Shown here piece by piece: positions 1 to 12,355 of a DNA stretch of 64,000 nucleotides. The notes under the pieces were generated by a model that was not told where the DNA came from, did not search any database, and was given only the letters and a program-made list of their open reading frames with translations. Origin of the DNA: Camelus ferus (lineage: Eukaryota); assembly GCF_009834535.1 (NCBI RefSeq), contig NC_045697.1, positions 9,922,001-9,986,000 of the forward strand, given 5' to 3'. The position numbers were made by a program, and so were the translations under genes. How positions within the stretch are numbered: position 1 is the stretch's first letter; every line of letters begins with the position of its first letter.

Positions 1-345
1 ATGCTCACAACGGTGCTGATTTTAATAGCGATCGAGAGACAACCCAAATGCATATTGACAGGAAAATGGATGCATAAACTTAGATGATGGAATATTATCT
101 AGCAGTGGAAATGGTTGGATGAGGCCACACACAACAACATGGATGGATCTTAGTGACATAATGTTCAGTGAAGATCTCATACAGCACAACATCCTTTCAG
201 TACAATTCAATCACCACTGGAACCAAAATCTATCTCTTTTAGGCATACATATACATGTGATAAAACTGTATTTTAAAAAAGAGGAAATGACAAGTGTGAA
301 CTATAGGACAGTGGTTGCTTCAGGGTGAGAAGGACGGCGGAATGA
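1..345 (+). mobile_element. Ancient L1 (L1M-type) fragment, ORF2 end/3' UTR
   Basis: Degenerate L1 motifs 'acaacccaaatgc', 'atggaatattat' and 'acaacatggatggatctt...cataatgttcagtgaa'. Confidence 0.7.
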
Positions 346-1023
346 GCAGGTGGGAAGCACATCCGTAAGTGTAAGAAGTTCAGCTCTGAGCTGCCCTTTC
401 CTGCTCTGGGTCTTAATGTCCTAATCTCTGAGAGGAGGGGGTTCAACTGGGGTGGTTTTCAGAGCCCTTCCATCTGGAATAATCTCTGATTCTAGGGCCA
501 GTGGTGCAGATTTATATGCTGAACTCCTACCATCGAATATGTAGAAAGAGAAACCATTCTCCTCTGTTGATATGAAACTCACCTGACCCTTGGCTAGTCG
601 AGCAGAAGTGGGGGGCGAGGCACGTAGTGAGAGTCTGCATGTGGAATATGCTTTTCTCGGTGGTTTTCTGTACTTAAGATCTGGGCTGTGATGGGGCAGT
701 TTTGCTTCCCTCGACAGGTGCATCTGGCCAGCATCCAAGATTGGCTACTTGATCCTCACTGTGTCCAGCATGGCCGGTTCCCAGTTTCAAATGCTTCTTT
801 GAATTGCCCAGGCTTTGGGGACTAAAAGAGAATTTTATTTTAAGCCATTGTTACGCCGACAGCAGAAGCGTTCCTCACTTTGAAATGCCTAGTGACGACT
901 GGTTTTATTTTTATACCCACCATTTCCTTGCAAAGAAATTAAACAAATAAACAGATGCCTCTCTCTCTCTCCCTCCTTCCCTCTCTTTTTTGGCGAGGGG
1001 CCACAGACAATACAGCGCTTTCT

Positions 1024-1037
1024 GCACCATCTGCTGG
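1024..1037 (-). promoter_or_regulatory. CTCF-like motif (CCAGCAGATGGTGC)
   Basis: One mismatch to the CCASYAGRKGGCRS core; lies in repeat-free sequence. Confidence 0.5.
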
Positions 1038-1409
1038 CTCTGTAAAGGTAATTAACAAATGCACACTATTCCCAGATAAGCCTGGTTTATAAAGGACAGA
1101 TCACACCAGGCAAACGGGCAGGGAACAAAATAAGACCATGGCAGGCATGCTAGGCGGTTGCAGTCCCGGACCCCGCTGGAGTGTGTTCTAACAGCCGCTT
1201 GTCAAATTTTAACTCCTGAAAATGAATTCAAACGGATTTAACTAAGGAAATTGAATTTCACTCCTGCTGGGAGGCCCTACAGAAGGGGAGAGGACAATTT
1301 CAGGGTGTCCGGTATTTTTGTCGCTCAGATCTTATTGTCTGTCTCTATTTGTTGTAATGGTCTTAAGAAGGAGAAATAAAAACAGACGACGGCAAAAGTT
1401 CAAGATACA

Positions 1410-1565
1410 AAATCGTAGGACACTGAACTTGGCTTCGGAGGCAGGCAGATTCTGACGCTCACCGTCTGATTGTCCACGTGTCACGTGGCCCTGCTGAGCC
1501 TTGTTCTCACACCTGTAAGTTGGGGACAATAGTGATACTAACACAGGTTCATTGTGACAGTAAGT
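1410..1565 (+). mobile_element. MIR SINE
   Basis: 'ctgagccttgttctcacacctgtaagttggggacaatag' resembles the MIR core. Confidence 0.65.
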
Positions 1566-2839
1566 GAGTCCATGAATTTGAGTCAGGAGCCTCGTCCAGT
1601 GACTGGCCAGTGCCAAGCCCACGGTGAGTGGGAGCTGCCGTCAATATTTTCATATTTTCATTATCAGGTGAGGCTCTATGACAGGTGGCGGAGTCCATTC
1701 TCAGTGGTGGGGAACAAATACCCCTTCTACCAAGACCCACGTTCTAAAAGGTGTAGAAGCACTGCATGTAAAATAAGGGACCAGAGGAGTCGACCTTAAC
1801 AAAAAACATAAGAAGCCAAAAGATATGTTTAGGGGCAGAAGCTACAATTATAGCCTATACATATTCAAAATACCTAAAAACCAACAAAGTAAGTGCTCAT
1901 TTGGACGAAGATTGAGGGGTTGGAGTAGGGAGGCATGTGGTGGAAATTTTAAAAGTGGGGGAAAAAAAAAAGATGGGTCTCAGTAAGATTAAAATAAGAG
2001 TCAAGGAAATAGAGAACCATCTTCCTAGGAGTGAGGAATTCTTCAGTATGCTTAAAGTTAGGTGGGGCCAAGCAGGAGCTGGTTCTGTAATCTTCCAGAG
2101 GCTCCTGGAAGATACAGAGCGTGGTGATGGTGATGATCACTCCTTTGTGTTATTTGCCTCTGACTGGACAAGTCAGGGGTCAAGGAACCTGCTGCTGGTT
2201 GCCCGGAGAAAAACACCCCAGATAACGCTGTTTGATAGGAGTCCCGGGGCTGCTCGAGGCAAAGTCAGAAAGTTGGTGTTTTGCTTTCCGCTGGCAACAA
2301 AAGATGCCCCTGGTCAGTGCAATTATGTCCACAGCCCCCTCCCTGATGGCTGGCGCATGATCTTTCTGGAGGGAAAGAGCCTTGGTAAATATCGAATCAC
2401 TCACACTTGCGGCTTGTGCCAAGTTTCTTAAACTGTCCAGGTGCTGAGGGACACCTGGCACATTGCCAGATGAGCCACCAGCCAGCAGCCCAAACTGGAG
2501 AACAAAAGACGCCAGCATCTATCCGCCCATGGCTTGTTTAAGAGATTCTGTCTTCTTCCTACTCAAGAGCCTTCAATGTTGACATTCTCCCGGGCGACAG
2601 CTGAGAATTCAGAGCACAGTGACCTAAATGCGTCCAATTCTTCCTTTGAAATCCTTTGAAATCCCACCTCTTCTGTGATGTGGTCCTCAAGACCACGACC
2701 AACCATAGACAAATGCTCCTCCCCTTGTCCCTTCTCATGTCAGGGTCATCCTGCTGTCACTGTTCCTCAGATCAACTTCCTCATGATAAAAGTAACCATT
2801 ATGGTAGACAATACAGGGGTGGGTCGGTTAACAGGGCAT

Positions 2840-3300
2840 GAGATGGCTCAGAGAGGCTTCCTGTAAGAGGAAACCCTCAATTTTGAGTCAAGAGTAGGGT
2901 TTTCCTAGATAGGGAGTGGGGGAGAATGGAATTCCAGCATGGCAACTAGAGGAACACTTGATGGGTGGGCTCATCCAAGTGGTCCTGTTTGCTTGGCCGG
3001 AGTATTCAGGGGGTCACTGAAAGAGGCTTGCAAAGCTAAGACTGGAAAGGGCTTTGCATGGCATGTCAAGGAATTTAGATCTTGTCTTGTAGACAAAGAA
3101 AGCAATTTAGAATTTTAAACAGTGATGACATGATTGTATCTGTGTTTGGAAAGGCTCACTCTAGTGGCCATGGAGATGTATTGGAAAGTCACAACAGAGA
3201 TCAGGGTATTGATAATTTAAATCATCTCTGTGAGAAATGATGGGGGCCTGAAATAAAGCAGCTCTGTGGGTGGGGGGAGTGGGAGGCAGGCGTGAGGGGA
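2840..3300 (-). mobile_element. L2 LINE fragment
   Basis: 'catgtcaaggaatttagatcttgtc...ttttaaacagtgatgacatgatt...gtgtttggaaaggctcactct' is typical antisense L2. Confidence 0.7.
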
Positions 3301-3329
3301 GGGGAATTTGCTGGTTGGAAGGCTGGTAG

Positions 3330-3530
3330 GCAGAAGAAAGGTCTCTGGGCATGTGATCATGATTAGAATTCCGACGGTGCCACTTCATAGCTGGGTGATC
3401 TTGGGCACATTTCTCTTGATGAGCTCTGGTTTTAAAATCTCTGAGACAAGATTGCTTTAAAGATTCAACAGAATAACCAAGGTAAGGAAACTAGCCAGTG
3501 CCTCGCCTATAGAAAGTGCCCACGTGGTAG
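3330..3530 (+). mobile_element. MIR SINE
   Basis: 'tgccacttcatagctgggtgatcttgggcac...aagattcaacagaataa'. Confidence 0.7.
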
Positions 3531-4549
3531 CATCACTAGTACCCAGGACAAGGAGGGAGGAATCTCAGGTGACAGATGACACACACATCCAGGCTGCCAA
3601 TCACCATATTGCTCAGACCTGGAATTCCTCTATCAGTGAGGGAGATATGTAAGGACAGACTTTTCTCATCCACTCTTGTACTTTCAGTGCCTAGGTTGGT
3701 GCCCTATACAAGTTTTTTCATGTTCATGTAATTATTGAATTTAATTGGGTCTCCTTTGGGGTGGAGACAGGAGGAGGGAAGTATCGGGGTGGCAAATGTA
3801 GTGCTTGGACAATGATTTTGCACTTTTCACAAACACACGCTCACTTGATGTCACAGCAGATCCGCTCGAGAAGGTGGCGCTGTGTTCTCCGAATTTTACA
3901 ACGGGATCTGAAGTTCTCCGGGGTGAGGAGGTTGTGCGAGTTTGTTCCTGAGTAGTAGCAAGGCTGGGAGAGTTGCTTTGAATCCAGCATGCAGCTTCCT
4001 GGGACAGGCGCCCCCGGGCCCAGCCTGCTGCAGCTCAGGGCATCCTCAGAGGAGGCGGTAGCTTCATTAACCGTGTTCTTATGGGCATCCCCTCCCTCCC
4101 AAGTGGACCTGGCTGCTGCTGGCAGAGGCATCAGATGCTGACATTTGAGTTGGAGATTTGAATGGAAATTCAGAAAGGATGGGCGTTTCCGGAGTACACA
4201 GGCCAAGAGTGGCCAACATCAGAACTTTCTTTATTGCCCCTTTATCTTATCGTGGATAAGACACTGCTGAGATCTGCAACAATGAATGACAAGGACTATA
4301 TGACAGCCTAGGCCCCTTTCCACCCCTTTCATCAGTTTCCTTTCCTGTTCCCACCCCTGAAATGGTATTCTAGTATTTACAGGACAAGTCCACTGGCATT
4401 GGAGAGCTCCCCTGGCCCCACCTTCCTCTTCTTTCCCTCATCTGCACCCCCACCTTCACAGGCACCTTCTCCTGTGACCAAAATCTGGATGACCTTGGAC
4501 TCTTCTGCTCCGGAGACCTTGCCTGTGCCTCCAATGCCTTCCTCCAGGG

Positions 4550-4750
4550 TCAGGTGAACTTGAGTTCAAGCCCACGCTCTGTAATTAATCGGCTCTGTGC
4601 TCTCGGGCAGGTTTGCACAACTTCCCTGAGCCTCAGTCTGTTCCTCTTTACCAAGGAGATAATAATCCCTTCTTTGCAGACGTGGGCCAAGAATGAAATA
4701 AGCCAACGTAGGCCAGGGGCTGGCACATACCAAGCACTAAGTGCTATGGA
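4550..4750 (+). mobile_element. MIR SINE
   Basis: 'gagttcaagccca...ccctgagcctcagtctgttcctc...ggcacataccaagcactaa'. Confidence 0.75.
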
Positions 4751-4849
4751 CCCCGCCCTCCAAGGTCAGTTCAAGACCAGCCTCCTCCATACCCCTGGTC
4801 AGCACACAAAGCAGTCTCAGTCCCCTCTGCCTCCTAGAAAAATGATGAC

Positions 4850-5285
4850 AGCTGAGATTTCCTGAGTATTGATTCTGGACCCAGTACTGTTTCCACGGAT
4901 GGTCTCAGCTGACTGCACCACAACCTGTGAAGTTAGCATCCTTACTACCTGGATGTTACAGTCGTAGAAGCCAAGACGAAGCAAGACGCAGCAATTTGCC
5001 TAGGGTCCGGCAGCTAAGTGGGGACAGTGGATTCCAACCCAGGCATTATTGTGCAGGGCTGGCCTCTTTTTTTTTTAAATTCCCTTATTTTTTAATATTT
5101 TATTTATGAAGTATTATATCATTTATTTTATTTTGGTGGGGGGGGTGGGGAGGTAATTAGGTTTATTTATTTTTAGAGGAGGCACTGGGGATTGAACCCA
5201 AGACCTTGTGCATGCTAAGCATGTGCTCTACCTCTTGAGCTACACCCTCCCCCATGGCTGGCACTCTTAACTGCAATGTTGGGCT
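4850..5285 (-). mobile_element. MIR SINE interrupted by a younger tRNA-derived SINE
   Basis: 'caatttgcctagggtc...cagctaagtggggacagtggattccaacccagg' resumes after the insertion as 'actcttaactgc'. Confidence 0.65.
5069..5253 (-). mobile_element. tRNA-Ala-derived SINE (Vic-1-like, camelid)
   Basis: Minus strand reads GGGGGAGGGTGTAGCTCAAGAGGTAGAGCACATGCTTAGCATGCACAAGGTCTTGGGTTCAATCCCCAGTGCCTCC plus an A-rich tail; TSD ggctggc(a)ctctt at 5057-5068 and 5256-5268. Confidence 0.9.
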
Positions 5286-5339
5286 GGATCTGAGACATCT
5301 ACGTCCGGAAGTGACATCCTGGGAGACTGACACTAGAGT

Positions 5340-5580
5340 TCCCCATACTACTTACTCAGCAGGCACTTAGGGAGGGCCTATTAGGTACCAGGTGTGTGCA
5401 CAGAGAACAAACTGGAGCGAGGCAAGATCCGGTCATAAGGAGCTGAGTCTATGAGAGGGATGCCGGCACATGAACCAGTGCCACTCAACGTAGCAGCCGA
5501 GCTTGTGTGCAAGCGTGGTCAGTGTCAACTCAATCTGGGGAGGTCAAGGAGGGCTTCACTGAAGAGGTGGTCATGTCTTC
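5340..5580 (-). mobile_element. L2 3' fragment
   Basis: 'tactcagcaggcacttag...taccaggtgtgtgc...ggaggtcaaggagggcttcactgaagaggtgg'. Confidence 0.65.
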
Positions 5581-5677
5581 CTGTCTGATGCCCTTCTCAA
5601 GAACTGGCATTTCTGGATTTTCCCTTACCTTTCCATTCCTTTTTTCCTCCTCCCTTTACCACTTTGAGGGAGGAGTT

Positions 5678-6027
5678 TGTCTTATACTTTTGGGACGCTC
5701 TGACAAGATACTACAGACTGGGTGGCTTAAACAATAGATATCTGGTTCTCAAGTTCTGGAGGCTGGAAGTCTAAGATCAGGGTGTTGGCAGGTGCAGTTC
5801 CTGGTGCGGGTGCTCTGCCTGGCTTACTGTGTCCTCACGTGTCAGAGATAGTAGCTCTGGTCTAACTCTTTCTCTTCTTATAGGGTGCCAAGTGCATCCT
5901 GGCCCCATCCTCGTGACTTCAACTAACCCTAAGTACCTCCCAAAGGCTCCATCTTCACATACCATCACACTGGGGGTTAGGGCTTCAATAAATGATTTAA
6001 GGAAACAGACCCATTCAGTCCGTGACA
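5678..6027 (-). mobile_element. MaLR solo LTR (MLT1A-D type)
   Basis: TG...CA ends; 'agactgggtggcttaaacaa', 'gttctggaggctggaagtctaagatcagggtg' and 'cattcagtccgtgaca'. Confidence 0.85.
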
Positions 6028-8169
6028 GAGGCCTTTAATATAACCAAGTAATTAGATGGAATCCTGCCGGCACTGGAGCACAGTGAAGTTACACAGTGAC
6101 AGAGAGGAAAGCAGGGGAGAGAGCTTTTGTGTGGTGGATGCTCCTCTGTGAAGAATCTGGAGGATCTAAAGCTTGGAGGCTCCAACGTCACTGCCTCAGG
6201 CTAGAGAGTCAGCCGGCAGGGCACCTCGGGGTCCGGCAGCAGCCCCTCTGGGATGTGAAGGAGGAGAAGAGGGAGGTTCCAAGAGAGAGTGAGACTCCTA
6301 GCAGCCTTTCCAGGTCAATTCTGCACAAAAGGACAGGAGGACAGGTAAACGTGTGGAAGTGAAGACGCATCATGAACCTCCATCTAGACTCCTCACGTGG
6401 ATGTGACCAGCGGGGACTTTTGTCCTGAAATCAGACTGATCAGGCCCTGGTGCCCTTCCTGACACAGGGAGCACAATTAAAGAGAGAGAGGGAGCTCTTC
6501 TTCATGAAGTCAGGGATCCTGTTTGGTGCTCCATTTGAATTTCGCACCTGCGCTCCACGGCTGCCCCCTCAGCATCGACCAAGCCATGCTGATCGTTGAC
6601 AACCATGAGCCCAGCCCAGGCCCCTCTCACGCCCCCCACCCTGCTTCCTCCCTCTGGCCATCTAGACTCTCTCCCGCTCTGCACTGGACACCCAGCCCTT
6701 CCCGCCCGCTCACACCATGGGGTCTCCACCCCTCTCGCCGTGCTCTGTTATGTCTCCCCCTGCAGTTCTCAAGTTTGGGACATAAGATCTAAGCTTCACG
6801 ATCTGCTCCCACAGGGCTCTCGATTCTATGTGTTTTCTCCTTCTGGTGCCATGGCTCCAAGCTTTGCAGCACAACAGGCATCCTTCCCAGGCGAGATGGT
6901 AAAAAGATCATGGAGCTGGTGTCAGAAAATCTCCCACCTCCATCCCGGCTCCCTCACTTGCTGGCAGGGCGATTGTACGTCCACCCCTCTGTCCCCAGGC
7001 TCCCTCCTGCCAGGCAGGGTCTGTGAGGGTCATCACCAGAGCTGTGGGATTACCACTGCACACACCACCTCCGCATAACCGGGCCGAAGTGTGACGTCTA
7101 CACACCGGCTCTAGGGGAACAAGCCCCACCTTGGCCTCTGTTCCCAGGGTGGGAGGGAAGGGGTGCAGCTTCAGAGGCTCCCAGCCCTTCAGGCACACAG
7201 GCTGCTAAGAACCCGACAGGCTTGTTCTCAGACACAATTAGGGAAACAAAGGCTCTCTTCAAGCTGCTCCCTTCTCCCCAAATCCCTGAACCTCCTCCCT
7301 GCTTCTTGGAAAGTCCTTGGGAACAGGTAGCCCTTGTATTGGTGATACAAAAAATTAGGATCAAAGAGACTGATGACTCATTTGAAGTCACTGGGAAAAA
7401 GGGTGTCAGATCTCCACCCGGGTTCTGTTCTCCCGTCACTGAGTCTGCTTCTCCCAGCCCTGCTCCTCATCTGCTGATTAAGTATCTACCTGGTGAGGCA
7501 ACAGCATTTACGAAACTCCCTCTGTTTGCAAAGTGCTATTGAAATGTGGTTACCAGCAGAGTCCCCTGTGAGGGTCCTGTCCTGGAGGGCTTTATCAGCT
7601 GAGCCCAGACAGGCGACAGATGACGTCTGACCAGCCCTGAGTGGTGCTGGGGGCTGTACTGAATTTGGAAGCAGGTAAAGCCGAATGGAAAAGGTGAGTC
7701 TGAGCACTATTAAGCAAGAGAGCAGAAATCACACAACACGGAGGTGGAGGAGGCCGGCTCTTGGAGCAGCCGGCCAAGAGAAAGAGGCAGGGTAACCTGG
7801 CCAACAACTGCCTCTCCAGGGTGTCTTCCACCCTCTGCCCCCACCCCCTCCCCAGAACCCAGGACTCCAGGGGTAATTGCTGCTCCTGGAACAGGCTGGG
7901 CTGTTTCCTGCCTCCTGGCTTGGTCCCTATAGCTCCCCGTGCTGGAACTCTCTCTCCTGTCTGCTGGAAGAAGGAAAACCTGACTCAGGTGTCTCTTCTT
8001 CAATAAAGCCTTTGCCGACTCCTGTAGGCAGAGATGACCACGACTCGTTCAGACTCCATCTGAATTGCAGTAAAAATAACAATGGGTTCTTGGGGGCTTT
8101 GTGTGTGTGTGTGAACTATATAGAGATCAACAGATAGATAAAAATGTCATTCAGTTCTTAGAGCAGCTC

Positions 8170-8285
8170 TGCCTTATTATCCCCACTTCACTGCCGAGGT
8201 TCTGGAACAGAAGGTTGAAGAGTTTAAGTAACTTGCCCAAGGTGATTCAGCTCCTGAGTTTGGACTGAAACTCAAACTATTGCCA
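8170..8285 (-). mobile_element. MIR fragment
   Basis: 'gtttaagtaacttgcccaaggt...cagct'. Confidence 0.6.
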
Positions 8286-10849
8286 CACTGGAAAGTGCTC
8301 TCTGTATAAGGATGTCGATGACACCTGATTGATTTACCTTACTGCCTCCCTTTCTATCGCGGTCTGGCTCTGGAGCCAAAATCCCAATGCACATCTGTTG
8401 AATGGAATTGATTTGAGGAGAGCTGGCAATTAGAAGGCTTCAGAGATGGCGCTCTGGCGATGGGACAGGGGCTTCAGAATAAACAATGAGTTAGGTAAGC
8501 AGGAGCCAATTTGTAGAGCGTGCTCCAGCCTGTGATAAGGAGCTTTAATTTGATAGCAGACAATTGGGAGCCATTCATTGTAGAACTTGGAGAAAGGCAG
8601 TGACAAGCCCCTAATGACACCCAAGGGCCTTTGAAATCTTTCATTGCTGCCTGCAATTTTACTATTTCCTACTGAAGGGATGGGACAGGAGGATGAGCTC
8701 GGAGCTGCCTTACCCCCGGCTGCACCGCCCACTGCAAGGTCACCATGGGACCACCATCCGTCTCCTAAGTGTAGAGTGGGGACGCTGCAGAGGAGCCCAA
8801 GTCACTGTCCCTGCATGTTCCTGAGCTCAGACCCAGGCCCTCCCTGCCTCCTGCACCTCATCCCCCACACAAGTCTCGGGGTAGAAGCAGCCCATGAACA
8901 CCCCCACTCCGCCCCCACTTGCAGTCACCATCCCCGTCGACTGTTCTGCAACACTCTCACCCCCATGTCCCACTTGCGAACTCTTGCTGGTCTCTCTCCA
9001 AAGACAGCATTCACGGTTTCCCAGAATTTCAATTGCACGGAGACACAGTGGGTCCCCACCTTCCCCATCATCACGGTAAAGCACCCCCCGGCAGGACCGG
9101 CACGGCAAGGCAGGAAGCAGGCTGTGAAATTCTGCTCACAGAGAAGACGGTGGGCTGCTTTGTGTTTCATGGTTTTATTTTTCCAAGCTTGGGATCCCTA
9201 GTTTCTTCCATCGGGCACAAAAACACTAGGAGACCAGTGGCTGGGGCTGGCCTTCCAAAGCCAGTGCGTGCCAACAGTAGAACGGATTCCAGGAGCCCAG
9301 GACAATGGCCTCTTCAGGCCGCAGAAAGTTGCTCAGTGCTGTATTGTGTGCATGTGATGCAGCTTCTTGGACACACACAAATGCTCCCATTTTTTTACCA
9401 GCCCCGTGACGGTGACTTAATTACCTCTCAAGAGGCTGGGGCTGCAAACCTCCCTCTCCACCCCAGACAGGGAAGGAAGCAAAACCAAGCCCCATGGATG
9501 AAAAAAAAAGGAAAAGCCAAACAGTGTGCAGGACGGGAAGTCTGATGTGGGCACCAGGCGCATTCGTTACACTTGACTGCGTGCGGGCTGACGACCGCGG
9601 TCACCGGTGTGCGATGATCTGGTCCAGCGTCTGTGCTGAAGGGTAGCCTTGGTATTTTGCAGAGCAAGATGAATATGCCCCAGATGGTGACTTCACGAGG
9701 ATATAATTCACATAGCATTTTCCTGCCCCCAGCACAGATTTCTGTGAAGGAATCTTGAGCGCCATGCTGAACAAAACAGAACAAGAAAATTCAACCCCGG
9801 AGAAGATGCAGCCGTGAGCTGAAGATTTATGGTCCCAACAGTGACTCTGACAGGAGCCCAAATGGCAGTCAGATCCCAGGCTCCACGCTGCACATCTTGC
9901 CAACCCGTGTCCCTGTCACTTCTGGAGTGGCATCATCCCCGACGTCTTCAGTGCACTCTGGGAGGGAGAAGGGCGAGCCCTGAAATGTCACTGCGGGAAA
10001 CTGAGTCGCTTACCTTTTTTTTTTTTTAATTAACTTTGTGTGGTGATAGGCCACGTCAGCACCTGCTTGCTCGGTAATTTGATTTTGATGGTGACCAAGA
10101 GAAGAATGTACTTTCAGCTTCAGCAATTGGGTCTAGTTCTCGGCACTGGAAGGGGGCAGTGGAAGGAGAGTGACTCTCTCTTGGAAAATCTTTAAAAAGA
10201 AGGCAAAAAAAAAAGCCCCGCTGTTATCAGACCACGACCTAGCCAGCAAAACAGCCCAATTCCCAGTCGGTTTAGGAGAGTCGTTGCTCTCTGAGGAGTA
10301 ACGTGTCTCTGACCCACATGGAGTTAAACGAGTGGGCGTGACCCACCTGCTGGTGGCATTTTAAATGTGGTCAGCCCGTCTGGAATCCCTGCAATTTCTA
10401 CAGCCTACACACTTCAGTCCTAAACCACAAAATAAGGACATGCAGAACTGAAGGTCACTCTGCTTCAAAACAAGGTCAGCCCAAGACGGCCCAGAAGCAG
10501 ATATTACCAAAGTATGTGGCTGGGGTGTGGCCCCTCATCCTCCTGGTCTCTGCTCACAGCCCCTCCGTGTCACAACGACGTCTGGGCCAAGAGGCAAGAC
10601 CAGTCCTCGCCTCATCCAGGGCAAAAACCACCCAGAAAACTATGCGCCCACATTGGATTTTTGCTGTTGTTCCTCTGTTTTAAAGGGATAATCACATTGT
10701 CCTAAAGGAATCAATAACAGTAGTAACACCAAGCAAGGCCATTTCTGGCACACCTGCCACATGTGAGACTGACACATCCCTGCCTGTCAGTGCCTGCAGC
10801 CTCCTGCCGGCCGTACCTGTCCAGAGAATGGGCACTGGCTTCAGATGGC

Positions 10850-11050
10850 CCGCTCCCCCGCTGGCTGCTGTGTGACCTCACACTAGTGACTTGACCTCTC
10901 TGAGAGTCAGTGTCCTCAGGGATTAAACAGGAAGAAGGAGAGAACCTAGTTCACGAGCCGGTAAGGACTGAATGAGAAGACGCTTGGAAAACGCGGCAGG
11001 GAGCCTGGCGCACAGCATGCGCCCAGAAGACGTCAGCAACTATTATTACC
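10850..11050 (+). mobile_element. MIR SINE
   Basis: 'gctgtgtgacctc...tgacttgacctctctgagagtcagtgtcctc...gcctggcgcacag...tattattac'. Confidence 0.75.
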
Positions 11051-11609
11051 CGCATGGCAGCTGGGGAAGTGAAACAGAGCCTCGAAACCTCCACCAAGGG
11101 TGCATCTGTCTTAAGTGGTAAAAATAAGATCGGAACCCGGGCCCTCCTGGGCTGCAGCTTCCTGCTCCGTTCGACGGATGCAAATTCCTGGCACGAAGCC
11201 CAGTGACCACAGGGCCTCCCCTCCTGGCATGATTTGGCAGGCCACTTTGGCAAACAGCCCACCGTGCCCTGAAAAAACCCCTCTATTGTTTCTCAGGAAG
11301 GCTTTTTGACACCCCTCCCCCCAAGTAAAAGGCTATTCGCTGTGCCCCCAGGATAGAAACAGCTCCAGGGACCTGGCTCCTCCTGGAGGAATCTGGGGGC
11401 CAGACAGCGGCCAGGAGGGGCCGGGCAGCTGACTCAGCAGAACAGGGCCTGCTGCTCAGAGCCCGCCCACCCTGCCGACCAGAAAGGGAAGGCCTCTGTG
11501 AGGCGGACAGAAAAGGACGCTGCTGAGGTCCCCGGGCGTGAAGTGTCCTTTGTCCCCGAGGACTTTGTGGGAAACGCCCATGTTGATATTTCAGCTGGCA
11601 GAACAGGCC

Positions 11610-11785
11610 TCTGTCTTGAGCTCTTTATCTGTATTAACTCGTTTAGTCTCATGGATGTGAGTTGTCCATCCCTAGTCCCATCTTGAAAATGGGGTCACTA
11701 AAACACAGAGAGGGCAAATTACTAACCCAGGATAACTCGGCCATTCAATGGGAGATTAAACCCCAAAAGTCCAGCTTCTAAGAGA
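11610..11785 (-). mobile_element. MIR SINE
   Basis: 'tgtattaactcgtttagtctca...cccatcttgaaaatgggg...cacagagagggcaaattactaaccc'. Confidence 0.65.
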
Positions 11786-12229
11786 GACGACACAGTGGCC
11801 AGGTCCTTCCCTCCCTCTTTGCTCAGCTGTTTCTGGGGAAGCTTAGAGCTGAAGGCTGCATTTCATGGTTTTTGGAACCTGAGCATTTTCTTCCACCCCT
11901 GCTTCACCTGCCCTGCAACAAACTTCACTCCCACTTCCCTGTATGCTGTCTCTACCTCCTCACTGGTCCTCCATCCATCCAAGCTCCCCACCCTCGGCCA
12001 TCCTGCCTCACAGCTGATGCTCCAGCAGAAGTTCTGCTTGTAAGACCAGCACACGAGGGGCTGGCTCTGGCCTGTCTCGGCTCCTGCTGTCCTTGCTGGG
12101 GACAACATTCTTCGCCAGCCTCTCTGGATGACTGTTGCAGGAGGGCCTACCTTGGACACCACCTCCAGGAACCCATCCCTCTCTCCCTGGGCTGGATGAA
12201 GTGGCTGGTGGAAGCTCATATGCCCTTCA

Positions 12230-12355
12230 GTGTGTATTTCTAATGCTGTGCTCAAGGCGGAGAACTTACCTATGATTTCTCATCTCCCACGTTGGGCACC
12301 GTTCCTTACATACAGCAGGTGCTCAGTGAATGCTTGTTACACAAAATGAATGACA
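12230..12355 (+). mobile_element. L2 3' end
   Basis: 'catacagcaggtgctcagtgaatgcttgttacacaaaatgaatga' matches the L2 terminus. Confidence 0.7.
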
